A stretch of DNA of 64,000 nucleotides from an uncultured Clostridia bacterium (GTDB lineage: Bacteria; Bacillota; Clostridia; Christensenellales; CAG-917): NCBI GenBank assembly GCA_947625225.1, contig CANQNQ010000004.1, forward strand, positions 443-64,442. The letters run 5' to 3'. Positions 50,397 through 61,251 of this stretch are shown one piece after another. The notes under the pieces were generated by a model. That model worked only from the letters and a program-made list of their open reading frames with translations, had not been told where the DNA came from and made no database searches. A program made the position numbers and the translations under genes. Position 1 is the first letter of the stretch. The number at the start of each line of letters is the position of its first letter.

Positions 50397-50810
50397 TCAA
50401 TTGACGGCGCTTTCGCTGCCGCAAATTTCACTTTCCGCGCACTTGTCGCACACGCCGCCGAAGGTTATGTGCGCGCTGTCCAGCCTGTACGCGCAGTCGC
50501 TGCCTGCCGCTTTAAGCACCGCGTCCACGTCCAGCGGCACGTCGAACACGCCTCCGCACTTCTCGCACACCATATGCGCGTGGGAGCAGTTTGTGCTGTC
50601 AAACCTGGACGGCGCCCCGCTTACGGGCACCTCGACTATCTCGCCCGCTTCGGCAAGCGCGTGCAAAATGCGATACACCGTGCCAAGGCTGATGGACGGC
50701 AACTCAGACCTCGCGGAGGCGTATATACTCTCCGCAGTGGGGTGCGCTTTTGAGGAAAGCACCAGCTTCCTCACCAGCTCTTTCTGGACTGTGTTGCGTT
50801 TCTCTTTCAT
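50397..50810 (-). CDS. perR: Fur-family peroxide-responsive regulator
   Basis: Winged helix (LGTVYRILHALAEAG), a structural Zn site (CEKCGG...CDKC), and a position upstream of rbr. Confidence 0.7.
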   Translation of the reverse strand: MKEKRNTVQKELVRKLVLSSKAHPTAESIYASARSELPSISLGTVYRILHALAEAGEIVEVPVSGAPSRFDSTNCSHAHMVCEKCGGVFDVPLDVDAVLKAAGSDCAYRLDSAHITFGGVCDKCAESEICGSESAVN

Positions 50811-50822
50811 AGACCTAAACGA

Positions 50823-50837
50823 TAGTGATTATCATTA
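50823..50837. promoter_or_regulatory. Fur/PerR-box-like 7-1-7 inverted repeat
   Basis: TAGTGAT T ATCATTA matches 6/7 as an inverted repeat. It lies 13 nt upstream of the perR ATG. Confidence 0.5.
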
Positions 50838-50906
50838 CCGAAATTATAACATATATATCACCTTTGTCAATATGTTTGCAAAAATTTTTCAAAAAATTTT
50901 TTTGAA

Positions 50907-50934
50907 AAACCGACGGTTTCAAAACCGTCGGTTT
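50907..50934 (-). terminator. Intrinsic terminator after the GH18 gene
   Basis: ACCGACGGTT / AACCGTCGGT stem with flanking A and T runs. Confidence 0.75.
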
Positions 50935-50982
50935 AACAATTCAAATCGCGCGTATAAAGCGCTTATTTTGCGATATTGTGCC

Positions 50983-51999
50983 CTACTTGGACAGTATGTC
51001 GTGCGCCTCCGTCATCAGGCTCCCGTCCATATTGCAGCCCAAGTGCCAGCAGAACACTCCGCCGTAGCCGCGCTTTTTGACCAGTTCCACCTTTTTCATC
51101 AGGTGGTCGCGGTCGTCAAAGGACAGCCTGTGCCCCTCGTAGTTGGCAAAGCAGAAGTCGTCCTTGACCTGCAGCTTTATCTCGCCGTCCTCGATCATTT
51201 GCATAAGCTCGTCGTATTCCTTGTAGTCGTAGTCCGCGTCCTTGCATCTCTCGTAGAACGGCAGCCCCAGATTGAGCTGTGACTTCTTAAAGCCCGCGAG
51301 GCTCGCATTGAACATGGACATAGCCGTGTCGCTCAGCTTGCAATGATTGCGCATGCTGAGGTCGTAGGTCATCACGTTGACAAAGTCCAGCGTCTTTGCC
51401 ATGCGCGTGCGGTTGAGATCGTTCATATAAGTGATGCTGCCGCACATCGCTATGGACAGCAATGTGTCCTTGCCAAACGCCTCGCGCATATCTTCCATCA
51501 GCGCGGCGTAGTCGGACGCGTCGTGTATGCAGTGCTTGTTGGACGGGCGATTGGGATACTCCCAATCCACGTCGAAGCCGTCAAGGCCGTACTGCTCTTT
51601 AAGCTCGGCAAGTCCGGCGATTAGCTGCGCCCTCTTAGCCGCGGTGCGCGTGGCGTTGCACATGCCCGTACCGTTGATGGAAAGCATCAGCTTGGCGGAG
51701 GGCATATTCTCGTGCATATACGCGCTCAGCTTGCCAAGCGCCTTGGCGTCGTCCTCGGTCAGCCGCGGCACGGGATCGTCGTTTACGGACGCAAAAGCAA
51801 ACAGCACGTGCGTAAGCGAAGTCGGCACCGCGTCCATATTTTCCGACTCGTTGACCGTACGGCCCATAATGTAGCCCACCGTGCGGTACTCCTCCACAGG
51901 CTCGTGATTGAAATACAGACCCACAAATACCGCCATTATGATAATCCCCGCCCCGAACACGCAAGCGAGCACAATGGCGATTATCTTTTTACGCGACAT
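50983..51999 (-). CDS. Membrane-anchored glycoside hydrolase family 18 (chitinase-like)
   Basis: ORF trimmed to MSRKKIIAIVLACVFGAGIIIMAVFVGLYF (TM anchor) after GGGGGA. It contains the catalytic DGFDVDWEYP. Confidence 0.85.
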   Translation of the reverse strand: MSRKKIIAIVLACVFGAGIIIMAVFVGLYFNHEPVEEYRTVGYIMGRTVNESENMDAVPTSLTHVLFAFASVNDDPVPRLTEDDAKALGKLSAYMHENMPSAKLMLSINGTGMCNATRTAAKRAQLIAGLAELKEQYGLDGFDVDWEYPNRPSNKHCIHDASDYAALMEDMREAFGKDTLLSIAMCGSITYMNDLNRTRMAKTLDFVNVMTYDLSMRNHCKLSDTAMSMFNASLAGFKKSQLNLGLPFYERCKDADYDYKEYDELMQMIEDGEIKLQVKDDFCFANYEGHRLSFDDRDHLMKKVELVKKRGYGGVFCWHLGCNMDGSLMTEAHDILSK

Positions 52000-52066
52000 A
52001 ATTTTTCCCCCTGTTTTAAGACGCAATTTGCGACGTCACGCCTGTCGGCGAACAACTCCAATATAA

Positions 52067-52098
52067 GCAAAAAGCCACAATCCCACGGGACTGCGGCT
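52067..52098 (-). terminator. Intrinsic terminator after rplL
   Basis: The minus strand reads AGCCGCAGTCCC..GGGATTGTGGCT followed by TTTTTGC. Confidence 0.7.
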
Positions 52099-52115
52099 TG
52101 CTGTTGCGCGCAAAA

Positions 52116-52502
52116 TTACTTGAGTTCGGCAACTGCGCCTTCTGCCTTGAGCTTCTCGACGAGAGCTTCCGCGGCTTCCTTGGGAAGGGCTTCCTTGACG
52201 GTCTTGGGAGCGCCGTCGACAATTGCCTTTGCCTCGACCAGGCCCAGACCGGTTGCGTCCTTGACGACCTTGATGACCTTGACCTTGTTGGGGCCGACCT
52301 CTTTGAGGACGACGTCAAACTCGGTCTTCTCCTCTTCTGCGGGAGCTGCCGCGACGGCTGCGCCTGCAACTGCGACGGGTGCCGCAGCACTCACGCCAAA
52401 CTTCTCCTCAAGTGCCTTGACCAGCTCGTTGAGCTCCAGCACTGTCATTTTCTCGATCTGAGCGATAAATTCGTTGACATCAATCATTTTTTTACTCTCC
52501 AA
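52116..52502 (-). CDS. rplL: 50S ribosomal protein L7/L12
   Basis: Ala-rich hinge, then [25 protein letters not shown]. Confidence 0.97.
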   Translation of the reverse strand: MESKKMIDVNEFIAQIEKMTVLELNELVKALEEKFGVSAAAPVAVAGAAVAAAPAEEEKTEFDVVLKEVGPNKVKVIKVVKDATGLGLVEAKAIVDGAPKTVKEALPKEAAEALVEKLKAEGAVAELK

Positions 52503-52542
52503 TTATTTTTTATTTTTTCAGGCAATTTGCCTCACGCGGCGC

Positions 52543-53043
52543 TTAAGCTTGCTCCGCCCTTTGCTCCGCAATTCTGCCCAGGCAGATCGCGATCTTGCTG
52601 ATGGGCGACTGTATGCTGCCGACCAGCCTTGAAAGCAGAATTTCCCTTGAAGGAATGTCTGCAATTTGCTTCACGCCGTTTTCGTCCAGGAACTGACCTT
52701 CCACCATGCCGCACTTTGTCTTCATCTTGTTGAGAGCCTTGATGTTTTTGACAATGAACTTGGCAGGCGCAACTGCGTCCGTGGAGGAAAAAGCAACTGC
52801 CGTGGGACCGTTGAGCGCTTCGTCAAACTGGGTGTAGCCCAACTCGTTGAACGCGATCTTGACAAGGCGGTTTTTGAGCACGGCATAGTCCACGCCGTTC
52901 TCTCTGAGTTCCTTGCGGAAGGCGGTGTCCTGCGCGACCGTCAGGCCCATGTAGTCGATGATGACGATGGACTTTGCGGATTGGATCTTCGCCTTGATCT
53001 CTTCAACCTGTTGCTTTTTGGCTTCGAGAACTTCTTTGTTCAT
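52543..53043 (-). CDS. rplJ: 50S ribosomal protein L10
   Basis: 166 aa, MNKEVLEAKKQQVEEIKAKIQ..., GLTVAQDTAFRKELRE. Confidence 0.95.
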   Translation of the reverse strand: MNKEVLEAKKQQVEEIKAKIQSAKSIVIIDYMGLTVAQDTAFRKELRENGVDYAVLKNRLVKIAFNELGYTQFDEALNGPTAVAFSSTDAVAPAKFIVKNIKALNKMKTKCGMVEGQFLDENGVKQIADIPSREILLSRLVGSIQSPISKIAICLGRIAEQRAEQA

Positions 53044-53258
53044 CCTTACCTCCTATAAAATTTGCTGCGGTGTCCCGCAAATAAATAGCGTCACCCCAAG
53101 ACGGAATGACGCGACGAAATACTATCACTTCAATCCTCGGCAAGCACTACGTTTACGGCACAATGCCACTTGCTGTCTCAGGAACGTATCTATGATATAT
53201 TATTTTGTTTTGCCTGTCAATCAATTGCGACAACTTTGTTGCGCGGCAGGCAAAAAAC
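53044..53258 (-). promoter_or_regulatory. Candidate L10 (rplJL) autoregulatory leader
   Basis: A 215-nt untranslated gap lies between rplA and rplJ, which is the conserved position of the L10 leader in Firmicutes. I did not verify the structure. Confidence 0.4.
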
Positions 53259-53951
53259 TCAGGCGTTGACCCTGTAAGTCACCTTGATGCCGGGACCCAT
53301 GGTGGCGGCAATGTAGATGGAACGGAAATACACGCCCTTTGCTGCTGCCGGCTTCGCCTTGACAAGCGCGTCCATGATGGTGTTGTAGTTTTCGGTCAGC
53401 TTCTCAACGCCGAACGACGCCTTGCCGAAAGGCACGTGGCATATGGCCTGCTTGTCAACTCTGTACTCCACTTTACCGGCTTTGATATCGTGTATAGCGC
53501 GAGTGAGGTCCATGGTGACGGTGCCGGACTTGGGGTTTGGCATCAAGCCCTTGGGGCCCAGCAACTTACCAAGACGTCCCACAACGCCCATCATATCGGG
53601 AGTTGTGACGATCACGTCGTAGTCAAACCAGTTTTCGTGCTGGATCTTCTGGATCATCTCGTCGCCGCCCACGAAGTCTGCGCCTGCGGCGGTAGCCTCT
53701 TCGACCTTCTCGCCCTTGCAGATGGCAAGCACGCGCACTGTCTTACCTGTGCCGTTGGGGAGGACCACAACGCCTCTGACCTGCTGGTCGGCGTGACGTG
53801 GGTCGATACCCAACTTGACATGCAGCTCTATCGTTTCATCGAACTTGGACTTTGCGGTCTGGATGGCGAGCGCTATTGCCTCGGGTCCCTCGTAGACCTT
53901 GGTCTTGTCGATAAGTTTTTTCGAATCAATATAATGTTTACCGCGTTTCAT
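53259..53951 (-). CDS. rplA: 50S ribosomal protein L1
   Basis: [45 protein letters not shown]. Confidence 0.97.
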   Translation of the reverse strand: MKRGKHYIDSKKLIDKTKVYEGPEAIALAIQTAKSKFDETIELHVKLGIDPRHADQQVRGVVVLPNGTGKTVRVLAICKGEKVEEATAAGADFVGGDEMIQKIQHENWFDYDVIVTTPDMMGVVGRLGKLLGPKGLMPNPKSGTVTMDLTRAIHDIKAGKVEYRVDKQAICHVPFGKASFGVEKLTENYNTIMDALVKAKPAAAKGVYFRSIYIAATMGPGIKVTYRVNA

Positions 53952-53962
53952 ACTCAGCCTCC

Positions 53963-54388
53963 TTATTCCTCTACTGTGACGCCCATGGAGCGTGCAGTTC
54001 CGGCGATCATGCGCATTGCGGACTCAACGTTTGCCGCATTGAGGTCGGGCATCTTTTGAGTCGCGATGGCCCTCAGCTGCTCCTGCGTGAGCTTTGCCAC
54101 CTTCGCCTTGTTGGGCGTGGCGGATCCGCTTTCGATGCCGCATGCCTTCTTGATGAGCACGGGTGCCGGCGGAGTCTTGAGAATGAATGTGAACGAGTGA
54201 TCCTGATATATGGTGATGACCACGGGGATCACAAGGCCTGCGTCCTTGGATGTTTTTTCATTGAACTCCTTGGTGAAGCCTGCGATGTTGATGCCGTGAG
54301 GACCAAGCGTGGAACCGACGGGCGGTCCGGGAGTCGCTTTGCCTGCGGGCAGTTGCAACTTTACTACTGCTGTGATTTTTTTAGCCAT
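53963..54388 (-). CDS. rplK: 50S ribosomal protein L11
   Basis: [27 protein letters not shown]. Confidence 0.97.
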   Translation of the reverse strand: MAKKITAVVKLQLPAGKATPGPPVGSTLGPHGINIAGFTKEFNEKTSKDAGLVIPVVITIYQDHSFTFILKTPPAPVLIKKACGIESGSATPNKAKVAKLTQEQLRAIATQKMPDLNAANVESAMRMIAGTARSMGVTVEE

Positions 54389-54527
54389 AAATCCTCCTGA
54401 CTAATGTGGTTAGCGATGACACTCAAAGATTTTGCCATCTCCCACTTTGCCGCAAAACCAGCCGTTTATGCGACAATTTTGCACGATAAACGTGCCATAT
54501 GTGCGCTTTTGCGCCTTCGAGCAAAAC

Positions 54528-55082
54528 TCAAAGTTTTTCCACTTGGGCAAAGTCCAGCTCGATAGGCGTCTGCCTGCCGAACATTGCCACGTTTACCTTG
54601 ACCTTCTGATGCTCCGCGTCGATGGATTGCACATCTCCGATGAAGCCGTCCAGCGCCCCGTTGATGATCTTGACATGGTCGTTGACCTGGATGTTGAAGT
54701 CCTCTATGCTTACGGTTTCAAGACCTATACGCCTTATCTCCTCATCCGTCAACGGTATGGGACGTCCACCCGAGCCGACAAAGCTGGTGACGCCGCGCGT
54801 ACGCGTGACCATAAACCAGATGTGGTTGGTGTATATCATCTTGATGAATGCGTAGCTGGGAAACTTCTTGCGCTGAATGACCTTCTTTTTGCCATTCCTT
54901 TCGACAATATCGTCCTCCACGGGCACCTTTATGTCAAAGATGTACTCGTGCAGATCGTTGTTGTCGACCATGTTGCGCAGATCCTGTTCCACCGAATTTT
55001 CATAGCCCGAATAGGTGTGGATGACATACCACTTCGGTTGTTCTTGATTTTCCTGCTTTTCCAACTTTTCCGGCTTTTCCAT
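54528..55082 (-). CDS. nusG: Transcription termination/antitermination factor NusG
   Basis: KWYVIHTYSGYENSV, and a KOW segment (VKIINGALDGFIGDVQSID). Confidence 0.95.
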   Translation of the reverse strand: MEKPEKLEKQENQEQPKWYVIHTYSGYENSVEQDLRNMVDNNDLHEYIFDIKVPVEDDIVERNGKKKVIQRKKFPSYAFIKMIYTNHIWFMVTRTRGVTSFVGSGGRPIPLTDEEIRRIGLETVSIEDFNIQVNDHVKIINGALDGFIGDVQSIDAEHQKVKVNVAMFGRQTPIELDFAQVEKL

Positions 55083-55094
55083 GTGCCCTCCCGC

Positions 55095-55457
55095 TCAGAT
55101 GAACATTGTCGTCCACTTTCCGTTTGTGACAAGTCCCAAAATACCGGACAGCACATAGTCTATCGCAAATAGTATGACGAAAAACAGTATAACAACCACC
55201 ACAACCACCAGCGTGTTGTTGCCCACTTCCTTGCCCTTGGGCCACGTGACCTTTTTGAGCTCGGAGAAAATGCCCTTTATGCCCTTCCACATCCTCTTGA
55301 AGATGTTGGGCTTGTCGGACTTTTTGTTGTTGACCTTCTTTTTCGCTTTATTCTGAGGCTGATTTTTGGAGTCGACGTTGACAGCCGCCTTTTCTACGCG
55401 CGCCTGCGAGGTCTGTTCCACGGTCGAGGTATCGGTTTTAGGCGTTTTCTTTGCCAT
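55095..55457 (-). CDS. secE: Preprotein translocase subunit SecE with a long Lys-rich N-terminal extension
   Basis: The C-terminal 55 aa (IFSELKKVTWPKGKEVGNNTLVVVVVVILFFVILFAIDYVL) is SecE-like. RBS AGGAGG is present. Confidence 0.85.
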   Translation of the reverse strand: MAKKTPKTDTSTVEQTSQARVEKAAVNVDSKNQPQNKAKKKVNNKKSDKPNIFKRMWKGIKGIFSELKKVTWPKGKEVGNNTLVVVVVVILFFVILFAIDYVLSGILGLVTNGKWTTMFI

Positions 55458-55475
55458 AATGCCTCCTAAAATTGC

Positions 55476-55640
55476 TTACTTTGTTTCTCTGTGCAGGGTA
55501 TGCTTTTTGCAGAATCTGCAATACTTCTGAAGCTCCAGTCTGTCGGGGTGCTTCTGTTTGTTTTTACTTTGATTGTAGTTGCGCTGCTTGCACTCGGTGC
55601 ATGCCAGGACAACCTTGACTCTTGCTCCCTTCTGAGCCAT
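55476..55640 (-). CDS. rpmG: 50S ribosomal protein L33
   Basis: Own translation (not in the ORF track): [64 protein letters not shown] is present. Confidence 0.9.
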   Translation of the reverse strand: MAQKGARVKVVLACTECKQRNYNQSKNKQKHPDRLELQKYCRFCKKHTLHRETK

Positions 55641-55674
55641 ACTAGCCTCCTTATGTCCTTATCAATACGACACC

Positions 55675-55700
55675 CTGCACGGCAGTTGCCCGCCGTGCAG
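55675..55700 (-). terminator. Strong hairpin between tuf and rpmG (partial terminator or processing site)
   Basis: CTGCACGGC / GCCGTGCAG form a 9-bp stem. There is no clear T-run on the minus strand. Confidence 0.35.
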
Positions 55701-55730
55701 AGCAATGTCTATATTATATTGAAAGAACAA

Positions 55731-56936
55731 TTATTCGATGATTTTTGCAACGACGCCGGAGCCGACCGTTCTGCCGCCCTCGCGGATAGCGAAGCGCAGT
55801 CCTTCCTCGATTGCGATGGGGGTGATCAGCGTGATCTCCATGTCGATGTGGTCGCCGGGCATGACCATTTCAACGCCCTGAGGCAGTTTGATGGAGCCGG
55901 TAACGTCAGTCGTTCTGAAGTAGAACTGAGGACGATAGCCATCGAAGAACGGGGTGTGACGTCCGCCCTCTTCCTTGGTCAGGACGTAAACCTGGCTGGT
56001 GAAGTGGGTGTGAGGATGAATGGTGCCGGGCTTTGCCAGGACCTGACCACGCTCGATCTCAGTGCGCTGTACGCCGCGCAGCAGAACGCCGATGTTGTCG
56101 CCGCCCTCTGCATAGTCAAGCAGTTTGCGGAACATTTCGATACCGGTGACGGTGGTCTCTTTCTTCTCGTCTCTGAGGCCGACGATCTCGACCTTGTCGC
56201 CCATCTTGAGCATACCGCGCTCAACTCTGCCCGTTGCCACGGTGCCGCGGCCGGTGATGGTGAACACGTCTTCAACAGGCATAAGGAAGGGCTTGTCGGT
56301 GTCGCGCTGAGGATCGGGAATGTAGCTGTCAACTGCGTCAAGCAGCTCTCTGACTGCGTCAAGAGCGGGATTGTCCCAGTCGCCTGCAAGACCTGCGTTC
56401 ATCGCCTGAAGAGCAGAACCGCGGATGATGGGGGTGTCGTCGCCGGGGAAGCCGTACTCGTTGAGCAGCTCGCGGACTTCCATCTCCACCAACTCAAGCA
56501 GCTCCTCGTCGTCGACCTGGTCGCACTTGTTGAGGAACACGAGGATGTAGGGAACGCCGACCTGACGGGCGAGCAGGATGTGCTCACGGGTCTGGGGCAT
56601 GGGACCGTCGGACGCTGCGACCACGAGGATAGCGCCGTCCATCTGCGCTGCGCCGGTGATCATGTTCTTGACATAGTCGGCGTGGCCGGGGCAGTCAACG
56701 TGCGCATAGTGACGCTTGTCTGTTTCGTACTCAACGTGCGCGGTGTTGATCGTGATGCCTCTTGCCTTCTCTTCGGGGGCCTTGTCGATCTCGTCATACT
56801 TCATGACCTGAGCCTTGCCCAAATGCGCGCTGTACATAGTGATAGCGGCAGTAAGGGTGGTCTTGCCGTGGTCAACGTGTCCGATGGTACCGATGTTGAC
56901 ATGCGGCTTTGTTCTTTCAAATTTCGCTTTTGCCAT
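55731..56936 (-). CDS. tuf: Elongation factor Tu
   Basis: [28 protein letters not shown]..., [12 protein letters not shown]. Confidence 0.98.
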   Translation of the reverse strand: MAKAKFERTKPHVNIGTIGHVDHGKTTLTAAITMYSAHLGKAQVMKYDEIDKAPEEKARGITINTAHVEYETDKRHYAHVDCPGHADYVKNMITGAAQMDGAILVVAASDGPMPQTREHILLARQVGVPYILVFLNKCDQVDDEELLELVEMEVRELLNEYGFPGDDTPIIRGSALQAMNAGLAGDWDNPALDAVRELLDAVDSYIPDPQRDTDKPFLMPVEDVFTITGRGTVATGRVERGMLKMGDKVEIVGLRDEKKETTVTGIEMFRKLLDYAEGGDNIGVLLRGVQRTEIERGQVLAKPGTIHPHTHFTSQVYVLTKEEGGRHTPFFDGYRPQFYFRTTDVTGSIKLPQGVEMVMPGDHIDMEITLITPIAIEEGLRFAIREGGRTVGSGVVAKIIE

Positions 56937-57025
56937 AATTAGAATTCCTCCAATATAGTTTTATTTGGCTTTTTGTTTTATATATCCAACAATGTATTAC
57001 TTATATAAATTACAATATATAAGCA

Positions 57026-59122
57026 TTACTTTGCCGAATTCGAGTTTTTCGCGTCGCCTACGATCTTGTCCGCGACCGCCTTTGGCACGACCGCATAGTG
57101 ATCGAACAGCATCGTGAAGTTTGCTCTGCCCTGCGTGATGCTGCGCAAGGACGTTGCGTAACCGAACATTTCGGACAGCGGCACGTCGCAATCCACTGCT
57201 TGCGCGCCGTTTCTGGGCTCTATGCCCTTGACCTGTCCGCGTCTTGAGGTGAGGTTGTTCATCACGTCGCCCAGATAGTCGTCGGGAGTGACCACCTCCA
57301 CCTTCATTATGGGCTCCAACAGCGTCGGGGCAGCTTTTGCCGCCGCAGCTTTGAATGCCATTGAACCCGCGATCTTGAACGCCATCTCCGAGCTGTCCAC
57401 CTCGTGCATGCTGCCGTCCACAAGTCTCACCTTGAAGTCCACGCATTCATAGCCCGCGATTATACCGCTCTGAGCCGCCTCCTTGATGCCTTCCCATGCC
57501 GCCGCCGCAAATTCCTTGCTGACAGCGCCGCCAACGATGACGTTTTCCACCTCGAGGCCGCCCTCGGGATTGGGCTCCAGCTCGATGACGATGTGTCCGT
57601 ACTGACCGTGGCCGCCCGACTGCCTGACAAACTTGCCTTCCGACTTGGCGGGTTTGGTAATGGTCTCGCGGTAGCTCACCTGAGGCTTGCCTATGTTTGC
57701 CTCGACCTTGAACTCCCTGAGCATCCTGTCCACGATTATGTCCAGATGCAGCTCGCCCATGCCGGCGATGATGGTCTGACCCGTCTCTTTGTCGGTGTAC
57801 GCCTTGAATGTGGGGTCCTCCTCCTGCAGCTTGAGGATAGCGATGTTCATCCTCTCCTGCGAAGCCTTGGACTTGGGCTCGATCGCCACTTTGATGACGG
57901 GGTCGGGGAACACCATGTTTTCCAAAACTATCTGATGACCCTTGTCCGACAGCGTATCGCCCGTGGTGCTGCGCTTTAGCCCTATCACCGCCACGATGTC
58001 GCCCGCATAGGCGACGTCGATGTCCTCGCGGTTGTCGGCGTTCATGCGAAGTATGCGCCCTATGCGCTCGTTTTCGCCCTTGACGGTGTTGAACACCATC
58101 GTGCCCGTCTGCAATGTGCCGGAATATATCCTTATGAAGGACAGCTTGCCCACAAACTCGTCGGTGAGTATCTTGAACACCAGCGCGCTGAAAGGCTCCG
58201 ATTCGCCGGGATGCCTCAGCTCCGGCTTGTTCGTCCTGGGATTTGTACCCTCGATGCTCGCCACGTCCGTGGGCGCGGGCAGGAAGTCCACCACCGCGTC
58301 CAGCATAAGCTGTACGCCCTGATTGTGATAGGAACTGCCGCACAACACGGGATTGAGGCGCATCTCGACAGTGCCCTTGCGTATCGCCGCCTTGAGCTGT
58401 TCGAGGGATATGGAATCGTAGTCCTCCATTATAAGCTTCTCGAACATGTCCTCGTCGAAGTCCGCCGCCGCCTCAAGCAGTTTAAGGCGATACTCGTCTG
58501 CCTGCTGTTTGTACGCGTCGGGGATGTCCTTATAGTACATCGTGACGCCCTTGTCCTTCTGATCGAAGTAGACGGCTTGCATTGTCAGCAGGTCGATGAC
58601 TCCTTCAAAGTCGGACTCCTTGCCGATGGGCAGGGTTATGGGAACGGCATTTGCGCCAAGACGCTGCTTCATCATCTCCACAGCGCCGAAGAAATTGGCG
58701 CCGTTGATGTCCATTTTGTTGACGAACGCTATCCTGGGCACCTTGTAGGTATCCGCCTGACGCCACACATTCTCCGACTGAGGCTCCACGCCTCCCTTTG
58801 CGCAGAAAACGGCGACTGCTCCGTCAAGCACCCTCAGACTGCGCTCCACCTCGACTGTGAAGTCCACGTGCCCGGGAGTGTCGATGATGTTGATCTGATG
58901 CCCCTTCCATATCGCGGTGGTCGCAGCAGATGTGATGGTGATGCCTCTTTCACGCTCTTGCTCCATGTAGTCCATCGTTGCTGAACCGTCATGGGTCTCT
59001 CCGAGTTTTCTGTTGACGCCTGTGTAGTAGAGGATGCGCTCGGTCGTTGTGGTCTTGCCGGCGTCGATGTGTGCCATGATGCCGATGTTTCTGACCTTGT
59101 CAAGAGCATACTTTCTTGCCAT
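57026..59122 (-). CDS. fusA: Elongation factor G
   Basis: [32 protein letters not shown], 698 aa. Confidence 0.98.
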   Translation of the reverse strand: MARKYALDKVRNIGIMAHIDAGKTTTTERILYYTGVNRKLGETHDGSATMDYMEQERERGITITSAATTAIWKGHQINIIDTPGHVDFTVEVERSLRVLDGAVAVFCAKGGVEPQSENVWRQADTYKVPRIAFVNKMDINGANFFGAVEMMKQRLGANAVPITLPIGKESDFEGVIDLLTMQAVYFDQKDKGVTMYYKDIPDAYKQQADEYRLKLLEAAADFDEDMFEKLIMEDYDSISLEQLKAAIRKGTVEMRLNPVLCGSSYHNQGVQLMLDAVVDFLPAPTDVASIEGTNPRTNKPELRHPGESEPFSALVFKILTDEFVGKLSFIRIYSGTLQTGTMVFNTVKGENERIGRILRMNADNREDIDVAYAGDIVAVIGLKRSTTGDTLSDKGHQIVLENMVFPDPVIKVAIEPKSKASQERMNIAILKLQEEDPTFKAYTDKETGQTIIAGMGELHLDIIVDRMLREFKVEANIGKPQVSYRETITKPAKSEGKFVRQSGGHGQYGHIVIELEPNPEGGLEVENVIVGGAVSKEFAAAAWEGIKEAAQSGIIAGYECVDFKVRLVDGSMHEVDSSEMAFKIAGSMAFKAAAAKAAPTLLEPIMKVEVVTPDDYLGDVMNNLTSRRGQVKGIEPRNGAQAVDCDVPLSEMFGYATSLRSITQGRANFTMLFDHYAVVPKAVADKIVGDAKNSNSAK

Positions 59123-59125
59123 ACG

Positions 59126-59596
59126 TTACCACCTGTAGTGCGCAAACGCTTTGTTGGCCTCTGCCGCGCGGTGCATTTCATCCTTTCTCTTGACGGCGCC
59201 GCCGGTCATGTTGTAAGCGTCCATCAGCTCGCCCGCAAGCCTTGCGTCCATGGTCTTTTCGCCTCTCTTTCTGGCAAAAGACACGATCCATCTGATGGCA
59301 AGCGTCTGCCTGCGCTCGGGACGGATCTCCATAGGGACCTGATAGGTGGAGCCGCCCACGCGTCTTGCCTTTACCTCAAGCAAAGGCATTGCGTTTTGCA
59401 GAGCCTTCTCGAAAATTTCCATAGGCTCTTGTCCCAATTTTTCTGATGCTATATCCAAAGCCCCGTAGACGATGGCTTGCGCGGTACCCTTTTTGCCGTC
59501 CAGCATCACCTGGTTGATGAGCTTGGTGACGACCTTGTTGTTATATATAGGATCCGGCAGCACGTCCCTCTTGGGCACGCCACTTCTTCTTGGCAT
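59126..59596 (-). CDS. rpsG: 30S ribosomal protein S7
   Basis: [19 protein letters not shown]...AHYRW. Confidence 0.97.
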   Translation of the reverse strand: MPRRSGVPKRDVLPDPIYNNKVVTKLINQVMLDGKKGTAQAIVYGALDIASEKLGQEPMEIFEKALQNAMPLLEVKARRVGGSTYQVPMEIRPERRQTLAIRWIVSFARKRGEKTMDARLAGELMDAYNMTGGAVKRKDEMHRAAEANKAFAHYRW

Positions 59597-59631
59597 AGTA
59601 ACCTCCTAGATTTTTAATACATTCGAAAAAA

Positions 59632-60006
59632 TTATTTTTTGGGGCGCTTCGCACCGTACTTCGACCTTGCCTGACCGCGTTTTGCAACACCTGCGGTATC
59701 AAGCGCGCCACGTATGATGTGATAACGCACACCGGGCAGATCCTTGACCCTGCCGCCTCTGATGAGCACCACGCTGTGCTCCTGCAGATTGTGGCCTTCG
59801 CCGGGGATGTAGACAGTACCCTCCATGCCGTTGACAAGGCGCACTCTCGCGATCTTACGCAGCGCCGAGTTGGGCTTTTTGGGGGAAGTCGTTGTCACGC
59901 TGAGGCAGATACCGCGCTTTTGCGGGCACTGCTCCATGATAGGTGTAAGCGACTTTTTGATCTGCTTTTCTCTGCCCTTTCTGATGAGCTGATTGATTGT
60001 TGGCAT
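59632..60006 (-). CDS. rpsL: 30S ribosomal protein S12
   Basis: ORF trimmed to [12 protein letters not shown] after AGGAGGAA. It contains [10 protein letters not shown]. Confidence 0.97.
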   Translation of the reverse strand: MPTINQLIRKGREKQIKKSLTPIMEQCPQKRGICLSVTTTSPKKPNSALRKIARVRLVNGMEGTVYIPGEGHNLQEHSVVLIRGGRVKDLPGVRYHIIRGALDTAGVAKRGQARSKYGAKRPKK

Positions 60007-60060
60007 TCCTGTTCCTCCTATAAGATTTTTCGAATGTACCTGCAACCCAACAGGTGCAAT

Positions 60061-60330
60061 TCAATGTATCGCCGTGCGTTTCAGACCCACTACCGCCGCC
60101 GCGACCTCCACGCCCGCCACTTCACCCAGCCTCTTTTTTGAAGGCACGAAGGTGACGTCGACATGGCATTGCTCGGCCTGAGCGACGATCTTGCGTTTGA
60201 ACTCCGCGTCGGCGTCCGACGCTATGATCACACACCTGACCGTCCCGTCGGACATACCCTTCAAAACCTGTTTGGAACCGACAACTTTTGAAGAGCTTGT
60301 TATCAATGCTTCAAGTTTTCCCTTGTCCAT
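60061..60330 (-). CDS. ybxF: Ribosome-associated L7Ae-family protein (YbxF-like)
   Basis: 89 aa, VVGSKQVLKGMSDGTVRCVIIASDA. It sits immediately upstream of rpsL, as in Bacillus. Confidence 0.75.
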   Translation of the reverse strand: MDKGKLEALITSSSKVVGSKQVLKGMSDGTVRCVIIASDADAEFKRKIVAQAEQCHVDVTFVPSKKRLGEVAGVEVAAAVVGLKRTAIH

Positions 60331-60375
60331 AGTTTTCGCAAAGCTAAAAACTGCTTGCGATTTGCAAGCCTCATT

Positions 60376-60404
60376 ATTTTAGCAGTTAATTTGTTTTGTG
60401 TCAA
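60376..60404 (-). promoter_or_regulatory. Strong sigma-A-type promoter for ybxF-rpsL-rpsG-fusA-tuf
   Basis: The minus strand reads TTGACA (60404-60399), 17-bp spacer, TAAAAT (60381-60376). An AT-rich UP-like element (ATTTTATTTTATTTG) lies upstream. Confidence 0.6.
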
Positions 60405-60520
60405 ACAAATAAAATAAAATTTTTCGTATACGACAAAAATTTATTTAATACGCGCATTATGCGCACTACGCACGCGCATATATTGTGCCCGCTTGCGTGG
60501 GCGGACACAATGGCGCGCCT

Positions 60521-61177
60521 TCACCATATAAATTTGGCGTTGTCGCGCTCGCCGTTGTCAACAAGGATGTCCTGCGCGGTCATGCTGCGGTTGACGACGG
60601 CGACAAAATATATCCATTCCGCTATCTCCTCCGCAGTCGCCCACTTTTTGAGGGGGGTCAGCCCCATTATCTGCTTCCACTTCTCTTCGTTTTCCATCAC
60701 GGGCGCGTTCAGAGACGTCAGCACTCCGCCGGGGGAGACGCTGTTTGCGGTGGCGCCATATTTTGCGATCTGAAGCGCGACGTGCTTGGTGTACGCCAAA
60801 ACTCCGCCCTTGGAAGCGCTGTACCGCGCAAATTCCGCTCCCGTATGCGCGCTGGCGCTGGCGACGTTGACCACCGCCCTTATCGCGGGCTGAAAGGCGT
60901 ACTTCTCCGTGACGTTGATGGTGCCCTCCAGGTTGACAGCGATGTCGTCCGCGTTTTGCACTCCCGCGTTGTTGACAAGCGCCTGCACGTCCTCCAGGTC
61001 GGGAAGCGAAGCGGGATCGCGCACGTCGGCGACAAAATGCGTATAGCGCGCGTCCTCTATCGTAGAGGGCAACACGTCTATGCCGTATACCTCGCATCCC
61101 TCCGCAAGAAACTTCAGCGCGGCGGCTCTGCCAATGCCCCGCGAAGTCCCCGTGATGACGGTCTTAAGTCCTTTCAT
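60521..61177 (-). CDS. Short-chain dehydrogenase/reductase (SDR)
   Basis: TGTSRGIGRAAA, NNAG, and YSASKGG (catalytic Y-x3-K). Confidence 0.85.
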   Translation of the reverse strand: MKGLKTVITGTSRGIGRAAALKFLAEGCEVYGIDVLPSTIEDARYTHFVADVRDPASLPDLEDVQALVNNAGVQNADDIAVNLEGTINVTEKYAFQPAIRAVVNVASASAHTGAEFARYSASKGGVLAYTKHVALQIAKYGATANSVSPGGVLTSLNAPVMENEEKWKQIMGLTPLKKWATAEEIAEWIYFVAVVNRSMTAQDILVDNGERDNAKFIW

Positions 61178-61251
61178 ATTTCACCCCGATATCTTTATTA
61201 TGTTACGCAATGCGATGTTAAACGTATCAAAATCCGCATTTAATATGCCTG

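Noticed and set aside
53044-54527. Additional ribosomal leaders (L11/L1 leader between nusG and rplK)
   Set aside because: A 139-nt gap exists at 54389-54527, but I could not recognise the conserved L1-binding mimic by eye. Only the better-established L10 leader position is reported, at low confidence.
55466-55705. 79-aa minus-strand ORF in the secE-tuf gap
   Set aside because: A different frame in the same region encodes a textbook L33 (55476-55640) with a strong RBS. The 79-aa frame has no RBS and no homology features.
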